26,116 bases of DNA from IMG/VR virus record IMGVR_UViG_3300044840_000036, positions 1 through 26,116 of that record; one strand, written 5' to 3'. This stretch comes from a virus (lineage: Duplodnaviria; Caudoviricetes). A model generated the notes under the pieces. It was not told where the DNA came from. It searched no databases and saw only the letters and a list, made by a program, of their open reading frames with translations. How positions within the stretch are numbered: the stretch's first letter is position 1; each line of letters opens with the position of its first letter. The position numbers and the translations under genes were made by a program. Below are positions 15,509 to 23,327 of the stretch, one piece after another.

Positions 15509-17658
15509 GGCTGCGGACTTTGAACCGGCGGCTCGTTGGCTTGCTGTACCGCCAGCCCGTGCTGGGCCAAGGCCAGACCTTGCGCATGCGCCTGTTGCTG
15601 CGCCGCCAGAGCCAGCCTGGCGCGTTCGATGGCCTGGTCGTGGGCTTGTCCCTGCACCGCCAGCGGGTCGGGTTGCGCCGGCTCCGCCAATCCGTTGACC
15701 GGCGGCTCCTGTGACGCGGCGTGGTCCATCGCCATGCCGTGCAGCGTTCCCAGTGCCTGCGCCCGCGTACTGGCAGCGTCCGCCGCCTGTTGCGCCTGTT
15801 GCGCCGGCTGTCCGGCGTGATCGACGGCGATGTTGTGCAGCCGTTCCATCGCCTGCGCGTTGCGGTCCTTGGCATCGGCCTGGACTTTGGCGATTTGGGC
15901 ACCTTGCATCGCCTGCGCGCCCTGCTGGCTCTGCGCCTGCTGCTTTTGGTGCTCCTCCAGCATCTTCACCAGGTCGTCCTTGTTGCGCAGCGAGCTTGCC
16001 TTGATGAAGAACTCGGGCGGGAAGTTTTGTAACACCATCGGCGGCAGCGCCATGATCTGGCCGAATTGTTCGGCCTGCATCGTCGGGCTGTCCGGCCCCT
16101 CTTCGACGGTGATATCGACGTCGAGATCATCCAGCGCGTGTTCGATCCGCACCGTCTGGCCCAGTCTTGGATCACCCGGCTGCAAGCCCATCTGGCGGGC
16201 GATCTGCTGCGCCTGTTGCGGTGCCATCGCCTGCAGTTCTTCCAGCAGCGTGACCTTGCGGTTGAGGGTGACGAACTGGACGTCCTTGTTGTCGTCGGTG
16301 ACCCGGATGCTCTTCTCCTCGCCCCAGAACTGCCGGGCGCGCATCCACATCGCCTCGTAGATCTTGTGGCTCCACTGCCGGAGGCTGTCCGCCGCCGGCT
16401 CGTGCTCCACCTGGCCACCGGCCTGCTGCGCGAGGATTGCCCGGCCGGACTGTTCCCTGGGGTCCTTTCCGGCCATCGCGGCGTTCGGCCCGGTCACGTT
16501 CATCTGCTCGACGGCGTATTGGAGCATCTTGAAATGCCCCTCGACCTCGGCCTGGTCCTTGCGGATTTCGAACTCGAGGCCGTGGTTCCTGACGATCACA
16601 CCGTCGGGTTTGGCGGCCTCGTTACGGGCCTTGTCCTCATCATCGACCGCACCTTGCTCCATGATGATCTGGTTGACGTTGAGCAGATGCAGCAGCTTGC
16701 TTTCCCGCTTGTTGACCGAGTCCTGCGGGGAAATCATGTCCTTGACCACGCCGTATCTTTGCAGGTCCCGGTCGATGAAGATCGAGCGCATGATCAGCGA
16801 GCACATGGCGTGGCCGTGGCGGTCGAGATAGGGCGACTTCATCGCCGCTTCGAGAAAGCCGCCCTTGGTCAAGGTCGCGGTCCACCAGTCCTGTTTGCGC
16901 TTCCAATGGATCTGCACGGTGCGCACCCTTCGCCGGGCTTTGTCCGACCAGACGGTTTGCGGCTTGTCGTCGAAGGTATCGCTCCGGCTGGAGGCGAACG
17001 TGCTGTCGAGGATCTCCTCGCAGCCCGGGTACATGTCCACGGCATCGGCCCGGTCCATCCAGATCACACAGCCCAGATAGGACGCATCGGAAAACCCAGG
17101 GTGGGCAGAGTGCGGATCCCAGAACAGCCGGTTCCACGGGATGTGATTGACGACGACATTATAGCCGCCATCGACCTCGTTCGGTTCGACGATGACCTCC
17201 GCGCCGCCCGTCCCTTCGACCATCATGTTGTCGAACGCCGACGACCGGACCACGTCGAAGCGCTGGTCGTCGGAGATATAACGCAGCACCTGGGTGGCGA
17301 CGTCGGCCCTCGTTTCCTCGTTCGGGGTGCGCGGGAAGGCTTTCGGATCCGACCGGCCGCGCCGCTCCATGCCAAGGTAGAGCTGCACTTTGCGCTTGAC
17401 GTAGTTGTTGACCGAGGGCGGCTGGTGACGCCGGCGTAGGGTCCGCGCCTCTTCCGGGGTGTATTGCCTCCCGTCGAAGTAGTCCCGGCACTTCTCGGAC
17501 ATCTCGCGGGAGTCCGTCGAGGCCATCTCGGCTTCTTCGAAATACTGGATCAGTCTCTCCAGCAGCTCGTTTTCGTCCCCCGGCCAGTCCTGCTGGCCGT
17601 CGATGGTTGGCGGACCCTGTGGACTCTGAGGGCGCGGGGCGGACAGCGATACAGACAA
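15505..17658 (-). CDS. Portal protein (P22 gp1-like)
   Basis: 717 aa, TTG start after AGGGGGA. DYFDGRQYT...RRHQPPSVNNYVKRKV, YGVVKDMISPQDSVNKRESK, SGRAILAQQAGG, DVDITVEEGPDSPT, long Gln/Ala-rich C-terminus. Confidence 0.92.
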   Translation of the reverse strand: MSVSLSAPRPQSPQGPPTIDGQQDWPGDENELLERLIQYFEEAEMASTDSREMSEKCRDYFDGRQYTPEEARTLRRRHQPPSVNNYVKRKVQLYLGMERRGRSDPKAFPRTPNEETRADVATQVLRYISDDQRFDVVRSSAFDNMMVEGTGGAEVIVEPNEVDGGYNVVVNHIPWNRLFWDPHSAHPGFSDASYLGCVIWMDRADAVDMYPGCEEILDSTFASSRSDTFDDKPQTVWSDKARRRVRTVQIHWKRKQDWWTATLTKGGFLEAAMKSPYLDRHGHAMCSLIMRSIFIDRDLQRYGVVKDMISPQDSVNKRESKLLHLLNVNQIIMEQGAVDDEDKARNEAAKPDGVIVRNHGLEFEIRKDQAEVEGHFKMLQYAVEQMNVTGPNAAMAGKDPREQSGRAILAQQAGGQVEHEPAADSLRQWSHKIYEAMWMRARQFWGEEKSIRVTDDNKDVQFVTLNRKVTLLEELQAMAPQQAQQIARQMGLQPGDPRLGQTVRIEHALDDLDVDITVEEGPDSPTMQAEQFGQIMALPPMVLQNFPPEFFIKASSLRNKDDLVKMLEEHQKQQAQSQQGAQAMQGAQIAKVQADAKDRNAQAMERLHNIAVDHAGQPAQQAQQAADAASTRAQALGTLHGMAMDHAASQEPPVNGLAEPAQPDPLAVQGQAHDQAIERARLALAAQQQAHAQGLALAQHGLAVQQANEPPVQSPQP

Positions 17659-17693
17659 ACTATCCCCCTTTTTTTGAAACCAAGTCGTGATAA

Positions 17694-17734
17694 CCGCGTA
17701 TTGACTTGCGTGGAATACGCGGATTGCGTATATT
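17694..17734 (+). promoter_or_regulatory. Sigma70-like promoter overlapped by operator-like inverted repeats
   Basis: TTGCGT (17706-11), 17 bp, TATATT (17729-34). Inverted repeats CCGCGTATT/AATACGCGG (17694-702/17714-722) and ATACGC/GCGTAT (17715-20/17726-31). Confidence 0.6.
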
Positions 17735-17778
17735 TATCTCACCGAGGCGATGAGGCCCGGAAACGAGGATCAGCCCCG

Positions 17779-18000
17779 ATGACCGCCATGATTTCAGAGG
17801 TATATCAGGCTTTTAAGGAGGCTAATGTCAGTGATGACAGCGCCCGGAAGGCCGCCGAAGCTATCGCTGCATACGAGACCCGGTTTGCCGCCATCGACGT
17901 AAAGCTGGAGCGCCTGGATGGCCGGGTAACGCTTGTCCTCTGGCAACTCGCCATTCTCATCGCCGGGGTGGCAACCCTGGTCATCAAGGCGTTCGCGTGA
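17779..18000 (+). CDS. Small coiled-coil protein with C-terminal transmembrane helix (DUF1640/CCDC90-like architecture)
   Basis: ATG 17779 after GAGGA, 73 aa MTAMISEVYQAFKEANVSDDSARKAAEAI...LVLWQLAILIAGVATLVIKAFA. The track's 17464 start overlaps the portal. Confidence 0.75.
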   Translation: MTAMISEVYQAFKEANVSDDSARKAAEAIAAYETRFAAIDVKLERLDGRVTLVLWQLAILIAGVATLVIKAFA

Positions 18001-18212
18001 TGGACGAGGAATTACGCGCCTATCTCGAAGCGATGGAGGGCCGACTCTCGACCCGTTTGAACGATCAGCATGAGCGGGTGTTAAACCGACTGACGGCCAT
18101 CGAACGGGACTTTTCGAACACCAAGTCGTTCCTTATCGGCGACGCTCTCGTGTTGGGTGGCCGTTGGTCCGACCTCGAAGCTCGGGTCACTAAGCTGGAA
18201 GACGGCAAATGA
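17997..18212 (+). CDS. Small coiled-coil hypothetical protein
   Basis: MDEELRAYLEAMEGRL...LEARVTKLE; start and stop overlap both neighbours. Confidence 0.7.
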   Translation: MMDEELRAYLEAMEGRLSTRLNDQHERVLNRLTAIERDFSNTKSFLIGDALVLGGRWSDLEARVTKLEDGK

Positions 18213-18412
18213 GCCCGACCCGCTTCCGTGAGTGCCTCGACAGCCTCGAATGGTCCCAGAGGGGCGTTGCCCGAGTCCTTGACCGGCACGAAGGCACCGT
18301 CCGGCAATGGGCACGCGGCGCCGTGCAGATCCCCGCGGACGTTGCCGCATGGCTCGAAACGCTGGCGCAGCACCATGAGCGTCATCCCCCGCCGGAGCGG
18401 AAGGCGGCTTAG
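18209..18412 (+). CDS. Cro/XRE-type helix-turn-helix regulator
   Basis: FRECLDSLEWSQRGVARVLDRHEGTVRQWARG...IP HTH pattern; stop overlaps the terL stop. Confidence 0.8.
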   Translation: MSPTRFRECLDSLEWSQRGVARVLDRHEGTVRQWARGAVQIPADVAAWLETLAQHHERHPPPERKAA

Positions 18413-20958
18413 GCAACCTTCCAGCCACTGTCGTCATCATCACGGTTGCGGTTGAACGCCCGATCCCAGGAGTCGGTTGGCGGGGCGGGCGGCTTCGGCC
18501 CGGGCGGCGGCAGCATCTTATCCAGCAGCATGCCGATCAGCCCCAAAGCATCGACCTGGTCGTCGTGCTTGCCCGCAGGAAAGCTCAGCAACTCCGGTTC
18601 GAAATCCGCCCGCCATGGCGCGTCCGCCGGAATGTAGAGGCCGTTGAGCGCCATCCGCCCTCGGATACTCTGGGCCCGGATGCTCTTATCGCCGCCGCGC
18701 GTGGGAAACGTCTGCCGCGCCACGTAGGTCCGGCGTTCGCGCGATCGCTTGTCCAGCAGCGGCCCCATTGCCGCCCTGATCTGCCCCGCCTCTTCGGCCC
18801 AGCCCATTGGCTTGTACTGCTGAACCAGATCCAGGAACCGCTCGACCCAGACATCCGAAGCGGTCTGGCCGCGCCAAAGATCGAGAACGTAAAGCCGGTC
18901 GTCGCTGTCGACGCCGACCACGATGTGCACGGTGAAGTCCCCGCCGTCGTCAGTCACCGCGTAGTCTGAAGCGCCGAACACTCGCAGGCTTGAGCGCGGC
19001 GGAATGGTTGGCACCGAGCGCAGCCAATCCCGCAGGAAATACGATCCCGAGTCCGGGACGGGCCGTTGCTGATACTGCGCGGTCCACTCCCGCGAGGCGG
19101 CACGCTCCGAGAGCGACTGCTTGATCTGCGCCAGGCCTTGACCGAAACCATAGGTATCGTCCGACCAGAGCCATTCGCCCGGCGCCCGGCCAAGCGGGTC
19201 ATTATCCTCCGCCTCAGCCGGGAGCTTGAGCACCCGCCAGCGATGCGGCTCGGTTGCCAGCAGTCTGCCGGCCAGGTCGTCCTCGTGCCAGCGAGTCATC
19301 ATCAGAACGACGGACGATTTCGGCGTCAGGCGGCGTTCCAGGTCGCCGTTGTACCAGTCCCATACCTGCTTGCGATCAGGCCCGGAGTCCGCGGCGGCCC
19401 TGCCCTTCACCGGGTCATCAATGATCGCGCAGTTGTGGACTAGGATGCCTTCAGCAAAGAAGCACTCGGTTCGTTCAACTTGGATGTCGAATACCTCGGC
19501 TGGCTGGCATATTCGCTCAACCACGGCCACAGTATCCGCTTCGGTTTCGACCGCTCTCCGCCGTGCAGTTGTTCGTGACAGTCTGCGCAGAGCGTTACTA
19601 GGTTCGACCAGCGATTGTCCGCTGAGTTCATGTCGATATGGTGGACCTGCAACCTCACCGCTGCCGAGCACACCACACATTTGAAGCCATCCCGTTCCAG
19701 GATGTCCGGCTTCGTCTTGCGAAAGGCCCGCGCCGAATGCGGCTGTTGGCGGAGTGGGTTCGCTCCATTGCGCCAGCCCGGATTGGCCTTTCCGACCATC
19801 TGAAAGGCGTGCCCACGATCCTTGCACACCCGCCTGCAATATAACCCCGGTGCGTCCCGCGTCTTCGGTACAAACACGAGGTTGCAAAATCCGCATGGAC
19901 GCGGAAGAGGCGCAGGAAGGCGCCGGCGTTCCATACCCTTCCTTTTCACGTGGGCAATCCGACAAGGTGTCGAACAAAACCGACTGAACAGGCCCGACGC
20001 CCGTCTCGAGGGAATAGCCTTGCCGCACTCGATGCATTTCCTCTGTTCGGGCAACCCCCGCAAAACGTTGTTCGCCCGAGTGGAGCAAGCCTTGCTGCAA
20101 TGCGGGCCCGTCGCATACCGGCCCAGAAGCTTTCGCATTTCCGCCGCCGTTTGCCGTTTCGTGGCGCCGCACCGAGCACAGGAAAACGTCACCCACAGAA
20201 AGGGTCGCCGCTTGCTTCCAACCCCCATCAGTCCAGAAGCGATGGTTTCCCGTTGCTTCAACCACTCGCCCAGCGGCAGTTCGAATTCGCCAGAGGGCGT
20301 CAGTACTGCGCCGAGCGACAGCAAGAACGCGACAGAAGACGGGTCTTTTGTTCCTTTCGTCATAGGAAAGAACATAGCCGGTTTCCGTGCCGACTTTCAC
20401 GTCTTTAATGCGTCTTAACCCACTGATGGTGTTAACTTTTGTATCACCAGAAAGGCAATCCGCCCTGAAGCCTGGGATACCGGCCCGGACGCCCGCCGCG
20501 AGATAGGCGCCGCCGTTGGTGGTGTACCAGCGTCCCTGCGCCCTTGTGGCCAGGTTGTAACCGAGCGTCGCCGGGTTCTCAGTGATAAAGCCCTGGATCT
20601 TGCCGCTGAAATCATCGGCGAGTTCGGACGTATGGCTGGCGCCGATCAGCTTCATGTTGGGCCGGCGCGCCAGCAGCCAGGCGGAGAACAGCACCGTCGC
20701 GTAACGGGACTTCGCCGACCCCGGCGGCATGAAGATCATCAGCCGATCGACCAGGCCGTCCGCCACCGCCTGCAGCTCCGCGATCAGCAACCGGTGGTGC
20801 GCCGCAGGAGTCTGCCCGAACGGGGCCAGAGCTTCGATACACCAGGCGAGGAACGAACGTCTGCATTCGCGCCGACGCTGGATCTCCGCGAGCAGCCTCG
20901 CTTCGGCGACGTCGGGATGATCCCCCGGCCTTATGATGCGGGTGCCGCCGTCCGGCAT
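18409..20958 (-). CDS. terL: Terminase large subunit precursor containing an intein
   Basis: Walker A MPPGSAKS; Walker B restored on splicing as GFRAD|CAIIDDPVK; MTRWHEDDLAG, YQQRP, nuclease motifs SDYA and HDDQVDA. 849 aa precursor, 507 aa after removing 342 aa. Confidence 0.95.
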   Translation of the reverse strand: MPDGGTRIIRPGDHPDVAEARLLAEIQRRRECRRSFLAWCIEALAPFGQTPAAHHRLLIAELQAVADGLVDRLMIFMPPGSAKSRYATVLFSAWLLARRPNMKLIGASHTSELADDFSGKIQGFITENPATLGYNLATRAQGRWYTTNGGAYLAAGVRAGIPGFRADCLSGDTKVNTISGLRRIKDVKVGTETGYVLSYDERNKRPVFCRVLAVARRSTDALWRIRTAAGRVVEATGNHRFWTDGGWKQAATLSVGDVFLCSVRRHETANGGGNAKASGPVCDGPALQQGLLHSGEQRFAGVARTEEMHRVRQGYSLETGVGPVQSVLFDTLSDCPREKEGYGTPAPSCASSASMRILQPRVCTEDAGRTGVILQAGVQGSWARLSDGRKGQSGLAQWSEPTPPTAAFGAGLSQDEAGHPGTGWLQMCGVLGSGEVAGPPYRHELSGQSLVEPSNALRRLSRTTARRRAVETEADTVAVVERICQPAEVFDIQVERTECFFAEGILVHNCAIIDDPVKGRAAADSGPDRKQVWDWYNGDLERRLTPKSSVVLMMTRWHEDDLAGRLLATEPHRWRVLKLPAEAEDNDPLGRAPGEWLWSDDTYGFGQGLAQIKQSLSERAASREWTAQYQQRPVPDSGSYFLRDWLRSVPTIPPRSSLRVFGASDYAVTDDGGDFTVHIVVGVDSDDRLYVLDLWRGQTASDVWVERFLDLVQQYKPMGWAEEAGQIRAAMGPLLDKRSRERRTYVARQTFPTRGGDKSIRAQSIRGRMALNGLYIPADAPWRADFEPELLSFPAGKHDDQVDALGLIGMLLDKMLPPPGPKPPAPPTDSWDRAFNRNRDDDDSGWKVA
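19432..20457 (-). mobile_element. Intein in TerL (aa 168-509, 342 aa)
   Basis: Block A CLSGDTKV, block B EATGNHRFWT (TxxH), block F VFDIQVERTECFFAEG, block G ILVHN followed by Cys+1. Inserted just before Walker B. Confidence 0.93.
19440..20375 (-). CDS. HNH endonuclease with three C4 zinc-finger-like repeats, overprinted in the +1 frame inside the intein
   Basis: ILERDGFKCVVC...LQVHHID...DNRWSNLVTLCADCHEQLH (HNH); CARC..CSKAC, CIEC..FCSTPC, CGFC..YCRRVC; GKANPGWRNG. The true start may be ATG 20228. Confidence 0.85.
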   Translation of the reverse strand: MFFPMTKGTKDPSSVAFLLSLGAVLTPSGEFELPLGEWLKQRETIASGLMGVGSKRRPFLWVTFSCARCGATKRQTAAEMRKLLGRYATGPHCSKACSTRANNVLRGLPEQRKCIECGKAIPSRRASGLFSRFCSTPCRIAHVKRKGMERRRLPAPLPRPCGFCNLVFVPKTRDAPGLYCRRVCKDRGHAFQMVGKANPGWRNGANPLRQQPHSARAFRKTKPDILERDGFKCVVCSAAVRLQVHHIDMNSADNRWSNLVTLCADCHEQLHGGERSKPKRILWPWLSEYASQPRYSTSKLNEPSASLLKAS

Positions 20959-20961
20959 GCG

Positions 20962-21150
20962 TTAGCCCCGGTTGACCTGGATGGACTGCTTCGCCAACGC
21001 GGCTAACCGGTCCTGCATTTCCGCGCCGCTTGGCCTATCCGTTCCCAGGGCGATGAGTTCGTTGAACAGCACCGACTCAACGGCCGAGACCCGCTTTTCC
21101 AGGAAGTCGAGCCGCGCCATGACGGCGGCGATGGTGCCGGGCTGGTCCAT
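20962..21150 (-). CDS. Small hypothetical protein
   Basis: 62 aa, AGGA upstream, short coiled coil RLDFLEKRVSAVE; ends 3 nt before terL. Confidence 0.55.
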   Translation of the reverse strand: MDQPGTIAAVMARLDFLEKRVSAVESVLFNELIALGTDRPSGAEMQDRLAALAKQSIQVNRG

Positions 21151-21176
21151 GACGGGAGTTCCTGTAGGCTGTTCGG

Positions 21177-21443
21177 ATGAGCGAATGGCACCCGATCGAA
21201 ACCGCGCCGAAGGACGGCACCAGGATCGACCTGTGGTTCAAATGGTGGCGTGCCGATACCGACGAATTCCTCGGGCGGCGGGTGACCGACTGCTACTGGA
21301 CCAATGTCAGCGGGCATGAGCGCTGGGCGTGCGAATGGGGTTCGATCCCCAGCAACAGCCGGCCGACGCACTGGATGGCACGGCCGGACGGCCCCGGGTC
21401 AGCCGGTCAGGAGAGCGGTGACGCTATGGGCGCCGGCGAATGA
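21177..21443 (+). CDS. DUF551-like phage protein
   Basis: MSEWHPIETAPKDGT...PTHWM signature. Confidence 0.8.
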   Translation: MSEWHPIETAPKDGTRIDLWFKWWRADTDEFLGRRVTDCYWTNVSGHERWACEWGSIPSNSRPTHWMARPDGPGSAGQESGDAMGAGE

Positions 21444-21899
21444 CTTCGTGTGCCGCTTGACCAATCGCTTCAACAGCCGCGTCTCGACCCCGGCAGCTTT
21501 GAGATCAGCCACCAAGCCCAGGACGTTCACCCGGTCAGCCTGCGCGGTGACCTTGACCCCGATCGTCAGCAGATCGCTGATATAGGCCGTCGCCGACGTG
21601 CCGACTTCCAACGGGTGCGCGCTGTAATCGGGGATCACGCCGCCTTTCACCGCGGCAAGCTTGGCCACGTCCCGCCGCTTTTCCGCGAGCGAGGACAGTT
21701 CTGACGCAGCAAAGTATTCCCAGGCCAGCTTGTCGTCCGCTTTCTTTGAGAGCGGCATCATCGTCCCGTTGACCCGGCCGATCTCCTGGAAAGCGGAAGC
21801 AATCGCGGCGGTCTTCTCGGTCGCACGCTGCGCACGGCTGGGAGCGGCGGGCTTGGCAGATCGCGCCGGCTTGGGTTTGATCGCAGCGTCGAGCGGCAT
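21399..21899 (-). CDS. Hypothetical protein
   Basis: Likely start ATG 21899 after GGAG (166 aa MPLDAAIKPK...); the track's 22016 start is probably too long. Confidence 0.65.
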   Translation of the reverse strand: MPLDAAIKPKPARSAKPAAPSRAQRATEKTAAIASAFQEIGRVNGTMMPLSKKADDKLAWEYFAASELSSLAEKRRDVAKLAAVKGGVIPDYSAHPLEVGTSATAYISDLLTIGVKVTAQADRVNVLGLVADLKAAGVETRLLKRLVKRHTKSFAGAHSVTALLTG

Positions 21900-21919
21900 C
21901 GTTAGGCTCCGGGGGGTAG

Positions 21920-22120
21920 ATGGGCGAAGACGAGGTTCCGGGCTGGAATTCGTTTGTGCGATCCGACGGCATGGCGGTTTCGCGTGGTGTCGAGGGCACC
22001 TGGCTGGTGTTGCCACACGATCACCGGCCGCCGGTTACGCTGTGCCCGTGCTGTAAGCGGCCAATGAAGTCGGCGTTTGCCGCCGAGAAGGTTGCTGATG
22101 AGGTGTATCCGCCTCAGTGA
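21920..22120 (+). CDS. Small hypothetical protein with a CPCC motif
   Basis: 66 aa filling the gap between two minus-strand genes; G-rich stretch before the ATG. Confidence 0.4.
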   Translation: MGEDEVPGWNSFVRSDGMAVSRGVEGTWLVLPHDHRPPVTLCPCCKRPMKSAFAAEKVADEVYPPQ

Positions 22121-22647
22121 ACCGTCGTCGCCTTCGCGGCCCGTAGCACAGCGGGGGAGCGCTTCAGCTTGGCCAGACGGTCGGCGATCTCGGTATCCGA
22201 CAGGGCGGAGGGGTCAACCTCGGTGCCGCCGTCAATGACGGTAACGCGGGCACTCGCACCAGCCTTGAACTCCAGCCACGCGATCGTCGCTTTCACGTTC
22301 GGCGCGATCGCGGGAGAGCCTGCAATGCCCTTCGCCTTGTCCGGCTTGCGGGCCGGCGATCCGAGGCCTTGGTTGAACAGCGATCGCCACATCATGTCTT
22401 GCGCCCGGAGGAACGCCGTCCCGAGCTCCTGCGAAAAATGCTTGCGCAGCGTGGTGGGCGAGATGCCGACAACCCTTGCGATCTCATCAGGGCCTTGATT
22501 CCACCTGGACATGGACTCGACGGTGCGCCGGTCCTGATCGGATGGCACGTAGGTCACGCCGTTGCGCTTGACTGGCGGCGTTGGTGCGGGTTCGGGACTG
22601 CGTTTGCGTTTCGTCGGGGGTGCGGGTTTCGGCTTTCGAGCTGGCAT
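22114..22647 (-). CDS. terS: Terminase small subunit-like HTH protein
   Basis: YVPSDQDRRTVE...DEIARVVGISPTTLRKHFSQEL...SLF...NVKATIAWL and C-terminal LSDTEI, upstream of terL. Confidence 0.75.
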   Translation of the reverse strand: MPARKPKPAPPTKRKRSPEPAPTPPVKRNGVTYVPSDQDRRTVESMSRWNQGPDEIARVVGISPTTLRKHFSQELGTAFLRAQDMMWRSLFNQGLGSPARKPDKAKGIAGSPAIAPNVKATIAWLEFKAGASARVTVIDGGTEVDPSALSDTEIADRLAKLKRSPAVLRAAKATTVH

Positions 22648-23327
22648 CAGGGCGCGAACTCATGTTGGCAGGCCGGACAGACCACCGACTTCGTGGTGTG
22701 CCGTTCCGGCGGGGGTGGTGGCGGCTCAGGCTCATCGAACAGCACGCTGATTTCGTCGGCATCGAAGCCGGTCATGTCCAGGTCGAAGCCGTCAGACCGC
22801 AAATCGTCTAGCTCGATCCGCAGCAGATCATCGTCCCACGAAGCCCATTCCGCCGACTTGTTCGCCAGCAGCCGGAACGCCCGGATTTGCGAGTCGGTCA
22901 GATCGTCCGCCAGCGCCACCGGGACAGTCGGGAGCTTCAACCGGCGCGCTGCCTTGAACCGCAGATGGCCGTCAACGATCGTGCCGTCCGACTTCGCGAC
23001 GATGGGGATACGGAAGCCGAATTCTTTGATCGCGTCCGCCATCCGGCCAACCTGGGCATCGTTCTTGCGCGGGTTGCGGTCGTACTCGACAAGCCGCGCG
23101 ATCGGCCACGTCTCGACCGTCAGCGCGAGACTCGCCAGCGCGGGTCGTTTCGGCTTGCCTCGCGTGCGTGCGCGCGCCCGTGAGGCGTCAAGGTTGCCGC
23201 CGGCGGGGGGCGCGGCCGGCGGGGGCGCCGCTACAGGTGTAGTTATAGGTGTGGTGGCAGATGTAGGGTCCTTCGGTTTATTGAAGGACACGCCTTTGAC
23301 TCGGCCACCGGTCTTTTTTCCACGCAT
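22647..23327 (-). CDS. ParB N-terminal (ParB/Srx) domain protein with C-terminal CPxC motif
   Basis: YDRNPRKN...IKEFGFRIPI...IVDGHLRFKAARRL...AFRLLANK...WDDDLLRIEL...TGF; ends VVCPACQHEF. Confidence 0.88.
   Translation of the reverse strand: MRGKKTGGRVKGVSFNKPKDPTSATTPITTPVAAPPPAAPPAGGNLDASRARARTRGKPKRPALASLALTVETWPIARLVEYDRNPRKNDAQVGRMADAIKEFGFRIPIVAKSDGTIVDGHLRFKAARRLKLPTVPVALADDLTDSQIRAFRLLANKSAEWASWDDDLLRIELDDLRSDGFDLDMTGFDADEISVLFDEPEPPPPPPERHTTKSVVCPACQHEFAP

Noticed and set aside
15700-15900. Repeated ADA....AQA...LH..A.DHA segment in the portal C-terminus
   Set aside because: Falls in a low-complexity Gln/Ala helical tail usual for P22-like portals; too weak to report as a separate finding.
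16066-17439. 457 aa plus-strand ORF, and similar long antisense ORFs (11636..12550, 12099..12869, 1129..2040, 22369..23460)
   Set aside because: They lie opposite well-supported genes, show no motifs, and are expected shadows of high-GC codon usage.
17665-17675. CCCCC followed by a T-run as an intrinsic terminator
   Set aside because: No preceding hairpin; on the minus strand it is the A-rich leader and SD of the portal gene.
19615-20418. Several plus-strand ORFs inside the intein suggesting further overprinting
   Set aside because: No recognisable motifs, unlike the +1 minus-strand HNH frame.
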